Shown: positions 21,313-31,524, counted from the stretch's first letter. The stretch: DNA of 64,000 nucleotides from an uncultured Acidobacteriota bacterium (GCA_963805695.1 CAWDVL010000001.1:52653-116652); one strand, 5' to 3'. The notes: a model not told the origin generated them from the sequence alone. A program made the numbers and translations.

Positions 21313-24287
21313 GTGAGCACTTTTTCGATTCTTTCCAATCAAGCCCCGCTCGATCACGAACGTTTCTCCTCTCATCGCGAACTGGAAGCCCAACTCAAAG
21401 CAACGCTGCGCGGCGAAGTTCATTTCGACATGGCATTTCGCGCGATGTACGCGGCGGACTCCTCGAACTATCGCCAACTGCCCATCGGCGTGATCCTGCC
21501 CCGCGACGCGACTGACGTCGAAGCCGCGCTGGCCGCGTGCCGTGCCACGGGAGCCGCCGTTTTGCCGCGCGGCGCCGGCACGAGCCTGGCCGGACAGTGC
21601 GCCAACGTGGCCGTGGTCTTCGATTTTTCGAAATACATGAACGGCCTCAGCTCCCTCGATCCCGAGAAGAGGCTCGCCATCGTTCAGCCGGGCATTGTCC
21701 TCGATCGCGTGCGCGAAGCCGCCGAACTGCATCACCTCACTTACGCGCCAGATCCCGCCACGCACTCGCGCTGCACCCTGGGCGGCATGATCGGCAACAA
21801 CAGTTGCGGCGTGCACGGCCTGCTGGGCGGCAAGGTTTCAGACAACATCGAATCGCTCGACATCGTTCTCTACGACGGCACGCGCATGACGGTGGGGCGC
21901 ACCGGCCCCGCCGAACTCGATGCGGCGATACGCGGCGGCGGCCGCGTAGGCCAGATTTATTCGGGGCTGGTCGGGCTGCGCGATCGCTACGCCAACCTGG
22001 TCCGGGAAAGATTCCCGCGCATTCCGCGGCGCGTCTCTGGCTACAACCTCGACGAACTTCTTCCCGAAAACGGATTTCACGTTGCCCGCGCCCTGGTAGG
22101 CACCGAAGGCACTTGCGCGACCATTGTGTCGGCCACGCTGAACCTCGCGTCAAGTCCGCCCCATCGCGTGCTCACGGCGCTCGCGTTTCCCGATGCATTT
22201 CTCGCCGCCGACGCGGTGCCGCTGGCGCTCGAACACAAGCCCATCGGTCTCGAAGGATTCGATGCGTTGCTAGTCAATTTCATGCAGCGCAAGAATCTCG
22301 CAGTGGACGATGTGTCGCTGCTTCCTCCTGGCGGCGGATACCTGCTGGTCGAGTTGGGCGCGTGGAACGCCGGCGAAGCCGAACAGATGGCCGAGAAGCT
22401 GGTTCAGGCCTCGCAAAGCTGGCCGGTGAAACCGGTGGCGCGTATCTACAACTCTGCCGAAGCCGCGCGGGTGTGGTTTGTGCGCGAATCGTCGCTGGGC
22501 GCCACGGTGTTTGTGCCCGGCGAACCAGAGGGCTGGGAAGGCTGGGAAGATGGCGCGCGTACCGCCCGGAGAAACTTGGTGCCTATCTGCGCGCCATCGC
22601 GGCGCTCATGGGCGAGTACGGCTATCGCAGCCCGATGTATGGCCACTACGGCCAGGGCTGCGTGCACATGCGCATCAACTTCGATTTCCACTCGGAGAGG
22701 GGTCTGCGCGATTTCCGCGAATTCATCGATCGCGCCGCAGACCTGGTTCTGAGCTTCGGCGGATCGCTCAGCGGCGAACACGGCGACGGCCAGTCTCGCG
22801 CCGCCCTGCTCCCCAAAATGTTCGGCCCCGAACTGATGGGCGCATTTCGCGAATTCAAGACTCTCTGGGATCCCGACAATCGCATGAACCCCGGCAAAGT
22901 GGTCGATGCCGTGCGCGTCTACGATCCAGTCGAAAACCTTCGCCACGGGCATGTTGGGAGTGAGAAGGACCCGGGTGCCCCAGGCCTCGCTTCTGAGACC
23001 TGGGAAACGCATTTCGTCTTCGCTAAAGACGACGGCTCCCTGGAACGCGCCACAGAACGCTGCGTGGGTGTGGGCGCATGCCGCAAAGCCGGGCCCGGAG
23101 TGATGTGCCCCAGTTATCGCGCCACTGGCGACGAACAGCATTCGACACGTGGCCGCGCGCGCCTGTTGTGGGAGATGCTGGCGGGCGATCTGCGCCGTGA
23201 AGGCTTCCGTAGCGAAGCCGTACAACAGGCTCTCGACCTCTGCCTCAGTTGCAAAGCCTGCAAGACGGAATGCCCCGTGGCCGTGGACATGGCCGCGTAC
23301 AAAGCCGAATTCCTCGCGCAGCATTACAAGGGGCGCCTGCACCCTCTGCATCACTACATCTTTGGCTTTGCCGACAAGCTGGCGCGATGGGGATCGCTCA
23401 CGCCGGCGCTGACCAATGCGATACTCACCGGGCCGCTGACCAGCCCGTTGATCAAGCACATTGTCGGAGTAGCACAGGAGCGCCAGTTACCCAAGCTCGC
23501 CGCAACGAGTTTCGTGTCAGGGCACGACTTCAGCCGTGCCGCCCCCGAGGGATCCTCCACAACGCGGAAAGTCCTCCTCTGGCCTGACACCTGGAACAAC
23601 TACTACCATCCGCAAACCCTGGCCGCCGCCGAGACGGTGCTTACCCAGGCCGGCTTCCAGGTCATAGTGCCCATCGGGCACATCTGCTGCGGCCGCCCGC
23701 TCTACGACTTCGGCCATCTCGACTCCGCCCGCACTTACCTCGCCGATGTCCTCGATCGAATGGCCCCGCACATCGATGCCGGCCTGCCATTCATCTTTCT
23801 CGAGCCCAGTTGCGCCAGCGTCTTCAAAGACGAGTTGCCCGAGCTCTTCCCCAACGACCCGCGCGCGAGGAAAATGCGCGAGCAGGTCTGGCTGCTCGCC
23901 GATTGGCTTTCCGAGAAAGCGCCCGATTTCGCAGCCGGCCGCCTGAACGGCGCACATATCCTCATCCACGGCCATTGCCATCACAAAGCCGTCTTCGGCG
24001 GCCCCAAGAAAGAGATCGCGCTACTGCGCCGGGCGGGCGCCACTGTCGAAGCCATCGAAGCCGGCTGCTGCGGAATGGCCGGCCCATTCGGATTCGAAGC
24101 CGACAAGTTCGAGGTATCGAAGGTCATCGCCAGCCAGGGCCTTCTACCCGCCGTTGAAGCCGCCGGGCCAACCACGATCGTGGTTGCGGACGGATTCAGT
24201 TGCCGCGAACAAATTCTTCAGTTAGGCCACAAGCGCGCGCTGCATTTTGCCGAGGTGCTCGCCCACACTTGCGGGTGCGGCGGTTGA
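21313..24287 (+). CDS. FAD-binding and 4Fe-4S-binding oxidoreductase (GlcD/GlcF-like fusion), one frameshift near 22555
   Basis: RGAGTSLAGQ, GGMIGNNSCG, GTEG, SGEHGDG, CVGVGAC, CLSCKACKTECP, CCG motifs. Confidence 0.92.
22973..23004. repeat. REP-like family A copy inserted in frame in a CDS
   Basis: GGGTGCCCCAGGCCTCGCTTCTGAGACCTGGG, read as GAPGLASETW. Confidence 0.85.
23520..23540. repeat. REP-like family B copy in frame in a CDS
   Basis: GGGCACGACTTCAGCCGTGCC hairpin read as GHDFSRA; resembles the reverse complement of the intergenic 33404-33425. Confidence 0.6.
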
Positions 24288-24359
24288 CTCATCACAAGAA
24301 GCGCGGGCCGTCCTGCGCTACGATAAAAGGGCCAGAGTACAAAAATCACTGGGGTACCC

Positions 24360-24656
24360 ATGTTCGTCGTGGTTTGGCAGTTCGAGATTGCCGAAGACAA
24401 GATCGCCGCGTTTGAAGCCGCCTATGGCCCGGATGGAGCCTGGGCGAAGTTGTTCCGCTCGTCTCCGGAGTATCAGGGCACTGAATTGCTGCGCGACGCC
24501 TACATTCCCGGCAGCTACCTGACCATCGACCGCTGGGCCAGCGAGGACGCCTTCCGCACCTTCCGCAAGGATCACGATGGCGAATACGAGACCCTGGACC
24601 GCTCCTGCGATGCGCTCACTGCCCGCGAGACGCGGATTGGCGCCTACACAGTCTGA
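24360..24656 (+). CDS. Antibiotic biosynthesis monooxygenase-like (ABM/Dabb) protein
   Basis: FE.AYGP.G.W..LF..S..Y.GTELL...YLTIDRW pattern. Confidence 0.75.
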   Translation: MFVVVWQFEIAEDKIAAFEAAYGPDGAWAKLFRSSPEYQGTELLRDAYIPGSYLTIDRWASEDAFRTFRKDHDGEYETLDRSCDALTARETRIGAYTV

Positions 24657-24851
24657 GGCATGTTTCCCAGGCGAATGTGATGGCCGCCACAGGCATCAAG
24701 ATCAGTATCGCCTTTTCTTCGCTTTTCTCCTGTCTTTTAACTGTCGCATACTGCTACAATCCGAAGGAAATGCATTCCAGGCTTTTGTTCTCGCGTCGCC
24801 CTTTTGCGGCTGAGGGAGATGCTTGAGGATGCTGATCAGGAGACCCGAATC

Positions 24852-25928
24852 ATGCCTGTCGTCGATGACCGCGCCAAAGCCGTAGAACTAGCCCTCAGCC
24901 AGATCGAAAAACAGTTCGGAAAAGGGTCGATCGTGCGGCTGGGGTCGCGCGAGGCGCTGTTGCCCATCGCGGTCATCTCCACCGGCTCCATCAGCTTCGA
25001 CGCGGCGCTGGGCGTGGGCGGCATTCCCCGCGGCCGGGTCACGGAGGTATTCGGGCCCGAGTCCTCGGGCAAAACGACCATCACCCTGCAGATCATCGCC
25101 GAAGCGCAGCGGAGCGGCGGCCTGGCCGCGTTCGTCGATGCGGAGCACGCTCTCGATCCCGGCTACGCCAAGAAGCTCGGCGTCGATGTCGACAACCTGC
25201 TGGTCTCGCAGCCGGACAGCGGCGAGCAGGCGCTCGAAATCACCGAGGCCCTGGTCCGCTCCGGCGCGATTGACGTGCTGGTGGTGGACTCGGTCGCCGC
25301 GCTCGTACCCAAGGCCGAGCTCGACGGCGAAATGGGCGACTCGCACGTGGGCCTGCAGGCCCGGCTCATGTCGCAGGCGCTGCGCAAGCTCACCGGCACG
25401 GTTTCGAAGTCGCGCACCGCGCTGATTTTCATCAACCAGATCCGCGAGAAGATCGGCGTCATGTTCGGCAATCCTGAAACCACCACCGGCGGCCGCGCGC
25501 TCAAGTTCTACTCTTCGGTCCGCATCGACATCCGCCGCATCGCCGCCATCAAGGAAGGCGACGCGGTCACCGGCAACCGCACCAAGGTCAAGATCGTGAA
25601 GAACAAGGTGGCCGCGCCGTTCCGCGAGGCCGAGTTCGACATTCTCTACGGCGAAGGCATCAGCCGCGAAGGCGACGTGCTCGACCTGGCGGTGGCCAAC
25701 AACATCGTGGAGAAGTCCGGCGCCTGGTACAGCTATGGCGGCGAGCGCATCGGCCAGGGCCGCGAGAATACGCGCACCTTCCTCAAGGAAAACAAGGACA
25801 TCTTCGCCAAGATGGACGGCGAACTTCGCAAGAAGCTGAATATCGGGGCGCCCAAGGTGGAAGTGCCCGAAGTTCCCGCCGCCGGTCCCGCCGAGGCAAA
25901 GGAAGCAGTTCGCTCGCGCCGCGGTTAG
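24852..25928 (+). CDS. recA: Recombinase RecA
   Basis: [36 protein letters not shown]; AGGAGA RBS. Confidence 0.99.
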   Translation: MPVVDDRAKAVELALSQIEKQFGKGSIVRLGSREALLPIAVISTGSISFDAALGVGGIPRGRVTEVFGPESSGKTTITLQIIAEAQRSGGLAAFVDAEHALDPGYAKKLGVDVDNLLVSQPDSGEQALEITEALVRSGAIDVLVVDSVAALVPKAELDGEMGDSHVGLQARLMSQALRKLTGTVSKSRTALIFINQIREKIGVMFGNPETTTGGRALKFYSSVRIDIRRIAAIKEGDAVTGNRTKVKIVKNKVAAPFREAEFDILYGEGISREGDVLDLAVANNIVEKSGAWYSYGGERIGQGRENTRTFLKENKDIFAKMDGELRKKLNIGAPKVEVPEVPAAGPAEAKEAVRSRRG

Positions 25929-25949
25929 AGTCCTGCCATCCAGAACATA

Positions 25950-25979
25950 CAACGAGGAGCCTTGACGGGCTCCTCGTTG
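25950..25979. terminator. Hairpin after recA
   Basis: CAACGAGGAGCC-loop-GGCTCCTCGTTG 12-bp stem; no clear U-tract. Confidence 0.6.
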
Positions 25980-26273
25980 AGCGTTTGCGCCGTTTCCGCT
26001 GTTCTCATCTTTATTCCTGGCATTGAGCTGATCAGAAATCCTCATGTTCCGAAATCTCTTCCGGGTGCTGCTCATGCCTTCGTGGTTCGAAGGCGCGCAA
26101 CGACGCTTATACTGGGATTGCGTGAATCCGAACAGGGCCGCCGATTCAGTTCCTCCCACCATGCGGAATCGGGCAATGGCCGGGCCCTGGGTGCGCGGCT
26201 CCTTCCGCCGCGTTTTTTGGAACGGATCATCACCACAGATCGCGTAACCATCGCGTTATCGAGGGTTGAGGGA

Positions 26274-27722
26274 ATGCGGACGGCAGTCATCGGCGGCGGC
26301 GTTGCAGGTTTGGCGGCTGCCTACGAGTTGGAGCGGGCGCGGGCATCGGACCCAACGGTTCGCTACACGTTGTTCGAGGCTCGCGAGCGCCTCGGCGGCG
26401 CGCTGGCCAGCGAAGTCGTCCAGGGAACTGTGCTCGAACGCGGGCCGGATTCGTTCCTCAGCGAGAAGCCGGCCGCATCGGTGCTCTGTCGCGAACTGGG
26501 AATCGGCGGCGACCTCATTCCGTCGAATGATGCACAACGCAAGACCTATATCTTGGTAGGAAATCAACTCATCCCGCTCCCTGACGGACTGATGTTTCTG
26601 GTCCCCACCAAGCTGGTTCCCACGGCGCTCACGCCGCTGTTCAGCTTTCCTACCAAGGCGCGCATGGCGCTCGAGCTTTTGATTCCGCCGCGCCGCAAGC
26701 GCATGGCGGACGAATCTGTTGCCAGCCTGGTCACGCGCCATTTCGGAACCGAAGCCGTTGACCGGCTGGCGGATCCGCTGCTCTCCGGTATTTATGGCGG
26801 CGATGCCTCCCAGTTGAGCGCCAAGACCGTCCTGCCGCGGCTGGTCGAGATGGAACGGGAGTATGGTTCGCTGACCCGCGGCATGCTGGCTGCTCATCGC
26901 AAGATGCGTGCGCGCGCCGCCGCCAACGGGCATGGACCCGCGGCGGCAGCAGAGCGTCCAATTTTCACCACGCTGCGAGGCGGGATGCAGCAACTAGTGG
27001 ACGCGATCCGTGCCCGCCTGGACTGGGCGGCGGTGCGGCTCTCCACTCCCGTAAACGCTCTGGAACGCGCCGACAATGGATGGATGGTCCACTCGCTGGG
27101 CACCGCGGAGTTCTACGACTCGGTGATTGTGGCCTCGCCGGCGTGGGCCGCCGGTGTGCTGCTCGCTCCCGTTGACGCGGTGCTGAGCGAACAGCTTGGC
27201 GGTATTCCTTACTCTTCATCCATCACCGTCAATCTTGTTTACGACGAGGACGCGCTCGGAAAGCTTCCCGAAGGCTTCGGTTTCCTCGTGCCGGCGACCG
27301 AACGTCGATCGCTGCTGGCATGCACCTTCTCGCATCGCAAGTTCCTGGGCCGCACGGCGCCGGGAAAAGCCGTGATTCGTGCGTTCCTCGGCGGCATGCG
27401 CAATGAAGCCCTGCTGGCTGAGAACGACAATGCTCTCGTTGCCATCGTGCGCCATGAACTGATTGACATCCTGGGCGAGAGCGTCGTAGGGATAGGCCTC
27501 GATCCGGAGTACACGCAGGTGACGCGCTGGCGCCGGGCCATGGCCCAATACGCGGTCGGACATCAGGAGCGAATCGAGAGGATCAACGAGCGTGTGGCGG
27601 CCTTGCCCGGCCTGCGCCTGGCCGGCAATGCCTACGACGGCATTGGCGTTCCCGATTGCATCCGCCTGGGCCGCAAAGCGGCGGCCGATCTCATCCAGGC
27701 CGGCGCCGGCTTGAATGTTTAA
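26274..27722 (+). CDS. hemG: Protoporphyrinogen/coproporphyrinogen oxidase (HemY-type)
   Basis: IGGGVAGLAAA, ERGPDSF, GIYGGD, GFGFLVP, QYAVGH, YDGIGVPDCI. Confidence 0.93.
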   Translation: MRTAVIGGGVAGLAAAYELERARASDPTVRYTLFEARERLGGALASEVVQGTVLERGPDSFLSEKPAASVLCRELGIGGDLIPSNDAQRKTYILVGNQLIPLPDGLMFLVPTKLVPTALTPLFSFPTKARMALELLIPPRRKRMADESVASLVTRHFGTEAVDRLADPLLSGIYGGDASQLSAKTVLPRLVEMEREYGSLTRGMLAAHRKMRARAAANGHGPAAAAERPIFTTLRGGMQQLVDAIRARLDWAAVRLSTPVNALERADNGWMVHSLGTAEFYDSVIVASPAWAAGVLLAPVDAVLSEQLGGIPYSSSITVNLVYDEDALGKLPEGFGFLVPATERRSLLACTFSHRKFLGRTAPGKAVIRAFLGGMRNEALLAENDNALVAIVRHELIDILGESVVGIGLDPEYTQVTRWRRAMAQYAVGHQERIERINERVAALPGLRLAGNAYDGIGVPDCIRLGRKAAADLIQAGAGLNV

Positions 27723-27825
27723 TCCGCAACACCCGCTCCCTGCCCATCCTTGCGACTCGAACGTTTAATCCGCAACAGACGCTCCGTGCCCCATCCTTGC
27801 GATTTCTTTCTGTAGCAAGGGTGGG
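27717..27825. repeat. Imperfect ~40-bp direct duplication over the hemG stop, ending in a family A-like hairpin
   Basis: GTTTAATCCGCAAC...CCCATCCTTGCGA at 27717-27755 and 27763-27802; CCCATCCTTGC...GCAAGGGTGGG hairpin. Confidence 0.7.
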
Positions 27826-27878
27826 AAACGACTAATGCCTGCCAAACGTTTCAGCCCTCAAAGGATCGCAACGCCTGT

Positions 27879-28307
27879 CTATTTCAGCCGCACGTCGGCC
27901 CGCGGATTGGCAGGCGGCGGAGAGATCATAAATTTGGTTTGAGCCTCCGAAGGATGATTGACCTTTGAGGTCCGGCCCTCGCTCTGCATGCGCTGGTGCG
28001 CCTGGGTCCAGGTGGGCAGATCCGGCTCCGGCTGCGACCAGTGAACGAGGGCCGCCTCGTCGCACCACTCCAACAGCTTGCGCATGGCCGGGCCGTGAGG
28101 CTTGGCCAGCATGAAGGCCTTCAGCGCGGATTCGTTTTCCCAACTGGTACAGGTCCAGAAGGTACTTAGTCCGTCCTGGAGCACTTTGACTCGAAGACTG
28201 CCGGGCGCCTTCTTTGCCTGCCACCCGATGCGCAGCGATCTGAGAAGAAACGCGGGCAGGTAAAACCACGACCGGACCCGCAAGCGAGTAACGGAAACAA
28301 CCGCCAT
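27879..28307 (-). CDS. DUF3291-like protein
   Basis: GAGGAG RBS; SVTRLRVRS, FWT.T.W, F....PH..AM..L..WCDEA..VHW pattern. Confidence 0.75.
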   Translation of the reverse strand: MAVVSVTRLRVRSWFYLPAFLLRSLRIGWQAKKAPGSLRVKVLQDGLSTFWTCTSWENESALKAFMLAKPHGPAMRKLLEWCDEAALVHWSQPEPDLPTWTQAHQRMQSEGRTSKVNHPSEAQTKFMISPPPANPRADVRLK

Positions 28308-28321
28308 AACTCCTCAGATGT

Positions 28322-28353
28322 GGGTGCCCCAGGTCTCGATTCTGAGACCTGGG
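28322..28353. repeat. REP-like palindrome family A
   Basis: One mismatch to 6289-6320. Confidence 0.85.
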
Positions 28354-28368
28354 ATTTCACCACCGCCT

Positions 28369-28803
28369 TCACTGTCCCGAACTTCCGAATCCCTTTCCCT
28401 CGCGGGCCGACACTTCGAGAGTTTCCACATCCTCGACCAGGCCAGTCAAAACCGGCACAGGAATCATCTGGGCAATCTTCTCGCCCGCCTTCAATTCCAC
28501 GGGCGCGAGGCCAAGATTGGTCATGACGATCAAGACCTCGCCGCGGTAGCCGGCATCGATGACTCCGGCCGTGGTGGCAAGGCCGCGCGCGGCCATGGAG
28601 GAGCGATCGCGGACCAGCAGGCCAAGGGGAGCGCCGGTTTCAGGATGACGGGCCTCGACGGCAATTCCGGTGCGGACGCGGACCGTCTGATGCGGAGCGA
28701 TTAAGGCGCTTTCGAGAGCGAAGAGATCATAGGCGAGGTCTTCGCCTGGGTGCGCCACCACGGGCAGGCGGGCGGCTTCCTCAAGGCGTTTCACACGAAG
28801 CAT
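28369..28803 (-). CDS. dut: dUTP diphosphatase
   Basis: YDL, TGIA, RSS, GVIDAGYRGE, IAQ, R..KGFGSSG motifs. Confidence 0.93.
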   Translation of the reverse strand: MLRVKRLEEAARLPVVAHPGEDLAYDLFALESALIAPHQTVRVRTGIAVEARHPETGAPLGLLVRDRSSMAARGLATTAGVIDAGYRGEVLIVMTNLGLAPVELKAGEKIAQMIPVPVLTGLVEDVETLEVSAREGKGFGSSGQ

Positions 28804-29397
28804 GGATCGATAGTATCGGAGCGAGTGCGGCCTGAGCCGAAGTCCCAGTTTCTTTACGGGCCGCGAAAGGACGCGATTCTGCACCACTTTTGCGACACTT
28901 TCCGGGGCTGTTCTCTTGGTAAGCTCAATGATTAGAGGGCGATAGGGCGAAAGAGCATCGCTTCGCGAATTTTTTAGCGGGGGGGTGGGTGGCCTGCGCG
29001 GGTAGCGTTAACAGATTGATTCCATTGTGGGTTGAGGGAGAAATTGTGCGTGCCTGAATGGCTCTTAACCGTCGCTGAGTGGCTCCTGAGTGGCGCTTAT
29101 TGGATGGAACTGGGTTGAGGTAGCGGGACCCGTCGGGGCCGCTCGATCCATGCAATGATTGTCCTCCAAAGATGGGTAATTTTCGGCAAACATCCCGATG
29201 TGCGAAATACACTGAAGTTCCTGCCAATCGCCTACTCTTAACTTTCCGGGACGCGGCCCGGCTGGCGGGTTGTGATGGGGTGGGCTCGAAACTTCCCGAA
29301 TGTCCACGATACGCCAACCTCGGATATTTGGCAGATAATCGGGGTATACAATCGGTACATCCGAGGACAACCTAGACGTTGCATTCAATGGAGAACC

Positions 29398-29946
29398 ATG
29401 TTCATGAGGCGCCATTTTCTTTCTGCATTTTTGCTTCTTTTCGGGATAGCTAGCATTGCCTATTCTCAAATACCAACTGATGGACAGGTCGGTAAGACCT
29501 CCTACGAAAACACGTACTTCAAATTCTCCTATTCCTGGCCAGCCTTCTTGCAACCGTATGGCGTGAACGCACTGCAATTGCCGAAGAGTACACATGCCTA
29601 TGAGTTTTTGCTGTTTTCAGCGCGTCAAGGCAACGATCCGGACGGCATCGTCATCATCGCGGAGCGAATGAAAGCGCAGACGCAGCTCAAAAGCAGTTCG
29701 GCCTTCATGGACTGGATTGCCCGTTTCGGGCCGGGGCAACATGTAACCATGCAGCCGCGCAAGCACTTCATCAACGCGGATGGATTCGTAATCGACGAAC
29801 TCGACTACACGGAAGATGGCGTGCCCTCCTCAGCTTTAGTGATTCAGATCAGAGAATTCCTGATCGCATTTAAATGCAATGCGAAATCAGCCAGCGATCT
29901 CGACGCGATGAATCGATCAATTGCTGATTTGCGGCGGCTCAAATAG
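29398..29946 (+). CDS. Hypothetical exported protein
   Basis: Signal peptide-like N-terminus (MRRHFLSAFLLLFGIASIAYSQ), then Y.N.YF.FSY. Confidence 0.65.
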   Translation: MFMRRHFLSAFLLLFGIASIAYSQIPTDGQVGKTSYENTYFKFSYSWPAFLQPYGVNALQLPKSTHAYEFLLFSARQGNDPDGIVIIAERMKAQTQLKSSSAFMDWIARFGPGQHVTMQPRKHFINADGFVIDELDYTEDGVPSSALVIQIREFLIAFKCNAKSASDLDAMNRSIADLRRLK

Positions 29947-30039
29947 CGAGTTTGGGCTAACGCTTGGACCGTGGATTCGCACGCGCTCGTCCTTTTCGGT
30001 CGTGTCACCGCCTATGCGGAATGTATGGTCCGCCGCCGT

Positions 30040-30300
30040 TTTGCAAGCGAAATGTGAGATTGACATGTTGGGTTGCGCGAATGTATCCGGCCTTTGTTGG
30101 AGTAGATCTCCAGGCCTGAATGGAATGCGCTGCGCCCTCGTCCTATTTAGTTTCGCGGCCTTTGAAGGCTGTTTCCGCATAAAGGTTTCGAGAGCGCCGG
30201 GATCGACCGTTGTGCCATCTCATGCTTCGCCAGCAAACCTGGCAGGGATGTCAAAAAGTCATATGATTCAGCCGTCGTCGTTGGTCTGCAGATGTGGGAA
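30040..30300 (-). ncRNA. Putative bridge/seek RNA of the IS1111-type element
   Basis: Contains segments matching both flanks and one element end, each pair separated by a hairpin; boundaries approximate. Confidence 0.7.
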
Positions 30301-30360
30301 TCGCGGATGCGATTTCCAAGCCTGGCGCTTTTGCCAGGCGTCATGTGCAGGCCAAGCATT

Positions 30361-31398
30361 TCAGGCGGCGGCAGTTTGTGGCACCAGTGGCGGGCGATAG
30401 GCTTCGCCCTTGGCCAGTACCGCCCAGACCATGCGCGCCATCTTGTTGGCCATAGCGACCGTGGCCACATGGATGCGCTTGCGTGACGTGAGTTGAGTCA
30501 GCCACGTGCTCAGGCCGGTAGACTGCTTCGTCTTTTGTAGCAAGACAGAATGTGCTCCCTGCACGAAGAGCTTTCGTAGATACTTGTTCCCGCGCCGGCT
30601 GGTTCCGGTTAGTGTTTGCTTGCCTCCCGTCGAGTGCTCACCGGGAACCACTCCCAGCCAGGCAGCAAATCCGCGCCCCTTCTTGAAGGCCGCTCCGTTG
30701 CCGATCGCCGCGATCGTGGCAGTCGCTGTTAACGGCCCGATGCCGGGGATCGCAATCAGCCGCCGGCATGCTTCAAGATCGCCGGCGATGCGCAGGATCA
30801 GCTTGTCGGACTCGTCAATCTGTCTGTGCAGGTACTGCATCTCCAACTGGAGTTGTGCAAGCAGCACTCGCAATGCGCCCGACAGCTTGTTGTCGGCGTC
30901 TTCAAGGATCCCGGGCAGCGACTCTTCGATATAACGGCGTCCCTTCCGGATCGTGATACCCCGTTCCAGCAGCAACCCACGAATCTGGTTGATCACCGCG
31001 GTGCGTCGACCTACCCAGCGTTCACGAACCCGGTGAAGGGACTGCAGATCCAGCTGATCATCCGTCTTGATCGGAACGAAACGCATGCTTGGCCGTCCTA
31101 CCGCTTCGGCGATAGCTTCCGCGTCGATGTAATCGTTCTTGTTCGTCTTCACGTACGGCTTCACATACTGGGCCGGCATCAGACGCACATCATGCCCCTG
31201 CTCGCGCAGAGCACGGCCTAGGAAGTGAGCTCCTCCGCAAGCCTCCATCCCGATCAAGGACACACGCAGGTTCGCCGTGAAGCGTAAGATCTGGTTCCGC
31301 GAGCACTTCTTGCGCACCACCACTTCGCCGCATGGGTTGAGACCAACCAGGTGAAAGACCGTCTTCCCAAGATCAATGCCGATCGTGTGAATCTCCAT
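30361..31398 (-). CDS. IS110-family DEDD recombinase/transposase
   Basis: AGGAGG RBS; GIDLGK, MEACG, KNDYIDA (DEDD); IPGIGP, EHSTGGK (catalytic Ser), GNKYLR, VAMANKMAR. Confidence 0.96.
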   Translation of the reverse strand: MEIHTIGIDLGKTVFHLVGLNPCGEVVVRKKCSRNQILRFTANLRVSLIGMEACGGAHFLGRALREQGHDVRLMPAQYVKPYVKTNKNDYIDAEAIAEAVGRPSMRFVPIKTDDQLDLQSLHRVRERWVGRRTAVINQIRGLLLERGITIRKGRRYIEESLPGILEDADNKLSGALRVLLAQLQLEMQYLHRQIDESDKLILRIAGDLEACRRLIAIPGIGPLTATATIAAIGNGAAFKKGRGFAAWLGVVPGEHSTGGKQTLTGTSRRGNKYLRKLFVQGAHSVLLQKTKQSTGLSTWLTQLTSRKRIHVATVAMANKMARMVWAVLAKGEAYRPPLVPQTAAA

Positions 31399-31475
31399 GG
31401 GACGCCTCCTGTGCACCACTTTACCTCCGGAGAGGATTAGGCGGCGGACCATGCCAGTAGTTTCGAAAAGCGACG

Positions 31476-31524
31476 GCAGATCCTTCGACTCCGGTCGCCG
31501 CGGCAACCTCCGCGCAGGATGACA
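31476..31524. repeat. REP-like palindrome family C (TGTC-footed on the minus strand)
   Basis: GATCCT...CAGGATGACA imperfect hairpin; only one copy in the window. Confidence 0.55.

Larger units (their letters stand above)
30022..31457 (-). mobile_element. IS110-family insertion sequence, IS1111 subgroup
   Basis: Perfect 13-bp sub-terminal inverted repeats ATGGTCCGCCGCC (30025-30037) / GGCGGCGGACCAT (31440-31452); short upstream and ~320-bp downstream non-coding region; no target duplication; exact ends uncertain by a few nt. Confidence 0.9.

Noticed and set aside
26044-26247. 67-aa ORF between recA and hemG
   Set aside because: No clear RBS or recognisable motif; it cannot be supported from the sequence alone.
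30185-30191. Second match to the right flank (TCGAAAC on the minus strand) in the IS non-coding region
   Set aside because: Shorter, and not placed across a hairpin from the other guide; 30148-30155 fits the guide-hairpin-guide layout better.
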